In this document: positions 4,772 through 5,516 of the stretch, in pieces
Numbering within the stretch: the stretch's first letter is position 1
Layout: each line of letters starts with the position of its first letter
Assembly (NCBI GenBank): GCA_000175855.1
Contig: ACYB01000013.1
Span: forward strand, 1-5,516
Direction: 5' to 3'
Length of the DNA stretch: 5,516 nt
Origin: Raphidiopsis brookii D9
Lineage (GTDB): Bacteria > Cyanobacteriota > Cyanobacteriia > Cyanobacteriales > Nostocaceae
Made by a program: the position numbers and the translations under genes
Notes under the pieces: generated by a model
What the model saw: the letters and a program-made list of their open reading frames with translations, nothing else
Databases searched by the model: none
Told to the model about the DNA's origin: nothing

Positions 4772-5139
4772 TCATAAATTTGATTTGCTTCTAGTCAATT
4801 CAATGCGAATATTACCATCAAAATCAGGAATTGGTGCAGCAGGTTTAATGAGAGTAACTTGTACTTGGGTAGTCAGACTACTTTCTTGAAGAATAGCATC
4901 AGCGATCGCACCTGCCAACCTTTCCAATAAATCAAATTTAGATGTTGTCAGCAAGTTTTGGACTAAACTAATAACACTACGATAATCTACTGTATCTTTA
5001 ATAGCATCAGTCTTTGCAGCTTGAGCAAGATCCACCCATAATTTCAAATCTACCTCAAACCATTGTCCTAATACCTTTTCCTCCGGTAATACCCAACATA
5101 ACCATAACCGCGAATCCCTGTCAAATGAATACAGTCCAT
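4772..5139 (-). pseudogene. folB: Dihydroneopterin aldolase, frame broken by a 1-nt deficit near 5087..5097; either a pseudogene or a homopolymer sequencing error
   Basis: On the minus strand, ATG 5139 reads MDCIHLTGIRGYGYVG and then runs out of frame to TAG (5070..5068). The -1 frame continues (V)LPEEKVLGQWFEVDLKLWVDLAQAAKTDAIKDTVDYRSVISLVQNLLTTSKFDLLERLAGAIADAIL...LIKPAAP...IRIELTR. Together these reproduce the full FolB pattern (GxxGxxxEE..Q.F.VD..DTVDY..ERLA..KP), about 122 aa. One extra G in GTTGGG, or one extra T in TATTA, restores the frame. Confidence 0.8.
4902..4909. repeat. HIP1 octamer GCGATCGC
   Basis: Exact GCGATCGC inside folB. Confidence 0.95.
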
Positions 5140-5169
5140 AAAACTCTGATTATAAATCATCAACTGACC

Positions 5170-5211
5170 ATTTTAGATTTTAAATTAAATAACCCAGACC
5201 AAATCTAAAAT
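5170..5211. repeat. 11-bp perfect inverted repeat with a 20-nt spacer, upstream of folB
   Basis: attttagattt (5170..5180) is the reverse complement of aaatctaaaat (5201..5211). The sequence is AT-only, so the match is partly expected by composition. Confidence 0.5.
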
Positions 5212-5218
5212 TAAATTC

Positions 5219-5239
5219 AGATAAATTAAGAATTTATCT
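5219..5239. promoter_or_regulatory. Perfect 9-3-9 palindrome agataaatt-aag-aatttatct, a candidate dimeric regulator binding site upstream of folB
   Basis: 5219..5227 is the exact reverse complement of 5231..5239. The site lies 80-100 nt upstream of the folB start (5139), in the non-coding stretch between folB and the right inverted repeat. Confidence 0.35.
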
Positions 5240-5349
5240 TTCTATAATGTTTTTACATTCATCTATTACGAATGAAAGCAGCAGAAATTATTCAGCAAGC
5301 CCTATTTAATTTTCCAGTAGTTGCACTTAGTAATGTAAGTTGCTAGTTA

Positions 5350-5399
5350 TCCTGTTTTTGCCTTCATGAATAATGCAGGTTAGTGAGATAGGCAAAAAT
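5350..5399. repeat. Right copy of the cluster-flanking inverted repeat (perfect core 5350..5383, imperfect outward extension)
   Basis: 5350..5383 is the exact reverse complement of 16..49. gagata (5385..5390) and aaaaa (5394..5398) continue the alignment with left bases 11..16 and 2..6. The unit also self-pairs: tttttgcc (5355..5362) with ggcaaaaa (5391..5398). Confidence 0.9.
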
Positions 5400-5516
5400 A
5401 TTTCCTAGTGTCTGTAACCACTGATTAAAGCAGAATTAAATCTAGTCAATATACACACGATGTAGACTTTACAGTTGTAGTTTAGTCTTTCCAGTCTTTT
5501 ATATAAACTTGACAAG

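Noticed and set aside
4581-4889. 102-aa ORF on the plus strand
   Set aside because: It starts in the repeat- and hairpin-rich spacer and ends antisense to the folB 3-prime end. It has no motifs, and its sequence is explained by intergenic repeats plus the folB shadow frame.
5149-5154. Exact TATAAT hexamers (minus strand 5149..5154; plus strand 5243..5248) as promoters
   Set aside because: I could find no matching -35 element at proper spacing. TATAAT is common in DNA this AT-rich, and 5149..5154 would fall inside the coding region if ATG 5160 is the folB start. They are mentioned only as context.
5014-5208. 64-aa ORF on the plus strand
   Set aside because: It is antisense to the folB 5-prime part and its upstream region, and its Pro/Ile-rich low-complexity product is typical of a shadow frame.
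1-5516. CRISPR arrays, tRNA/rRNA genes, transposase or integrase genes, toxin-antitoxin or defence-system genes
   Set aside because: I found no regularly spaced direct repeats, no cloverleaf-like or rRNA-like sequence, and no ORF with DDE, tyrosine-recombinase or serine-recombinase motifs on either strand.

Overview
This is an AT-rich window carrying four HIP1 octamers (GCGATCGC), so it is almost certainly cyanobacterial. Nearly all of it is one compact pterin-metabolism gene cluster. On the + strand the cluster holds a Nudix hydrolase (frame broken), an SDR oxidoreductase, and a single ~450-aa ORF that fuses a divergent dihydropteroate-synthase-like pterin-binding domain to a QueD/6-pyruvoyl-tetrahydropterin-synthase domain. 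It continues with a convergent folK (HPPK, - strand), an EgtD-family SAM methyltransferase (+ strand), and a convergent folB (dihydroneopterin aldolase, - strand, frame also broken). The cluster is bracketed by a perfect 34-bp inverted repeat (16..49 vs 5350..5383) that continues imperfectly outward to the left window edge. I saw no rRNA, tRNA, CRISPR array, transposase or recombinase gene. The main points of interest are the DHPS-like::QueD fusion with degenerate DHPS substrate loops, the amino-acid-betaine-type methyltransferase in a pterin context, the repeat-bounded cassette layout, and two same-type 1-nt frame breaks in the two repeat-proximal genes. All family assignments come from motif recognition by eye and from remembered reference sequences. 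No searches or computations were run.
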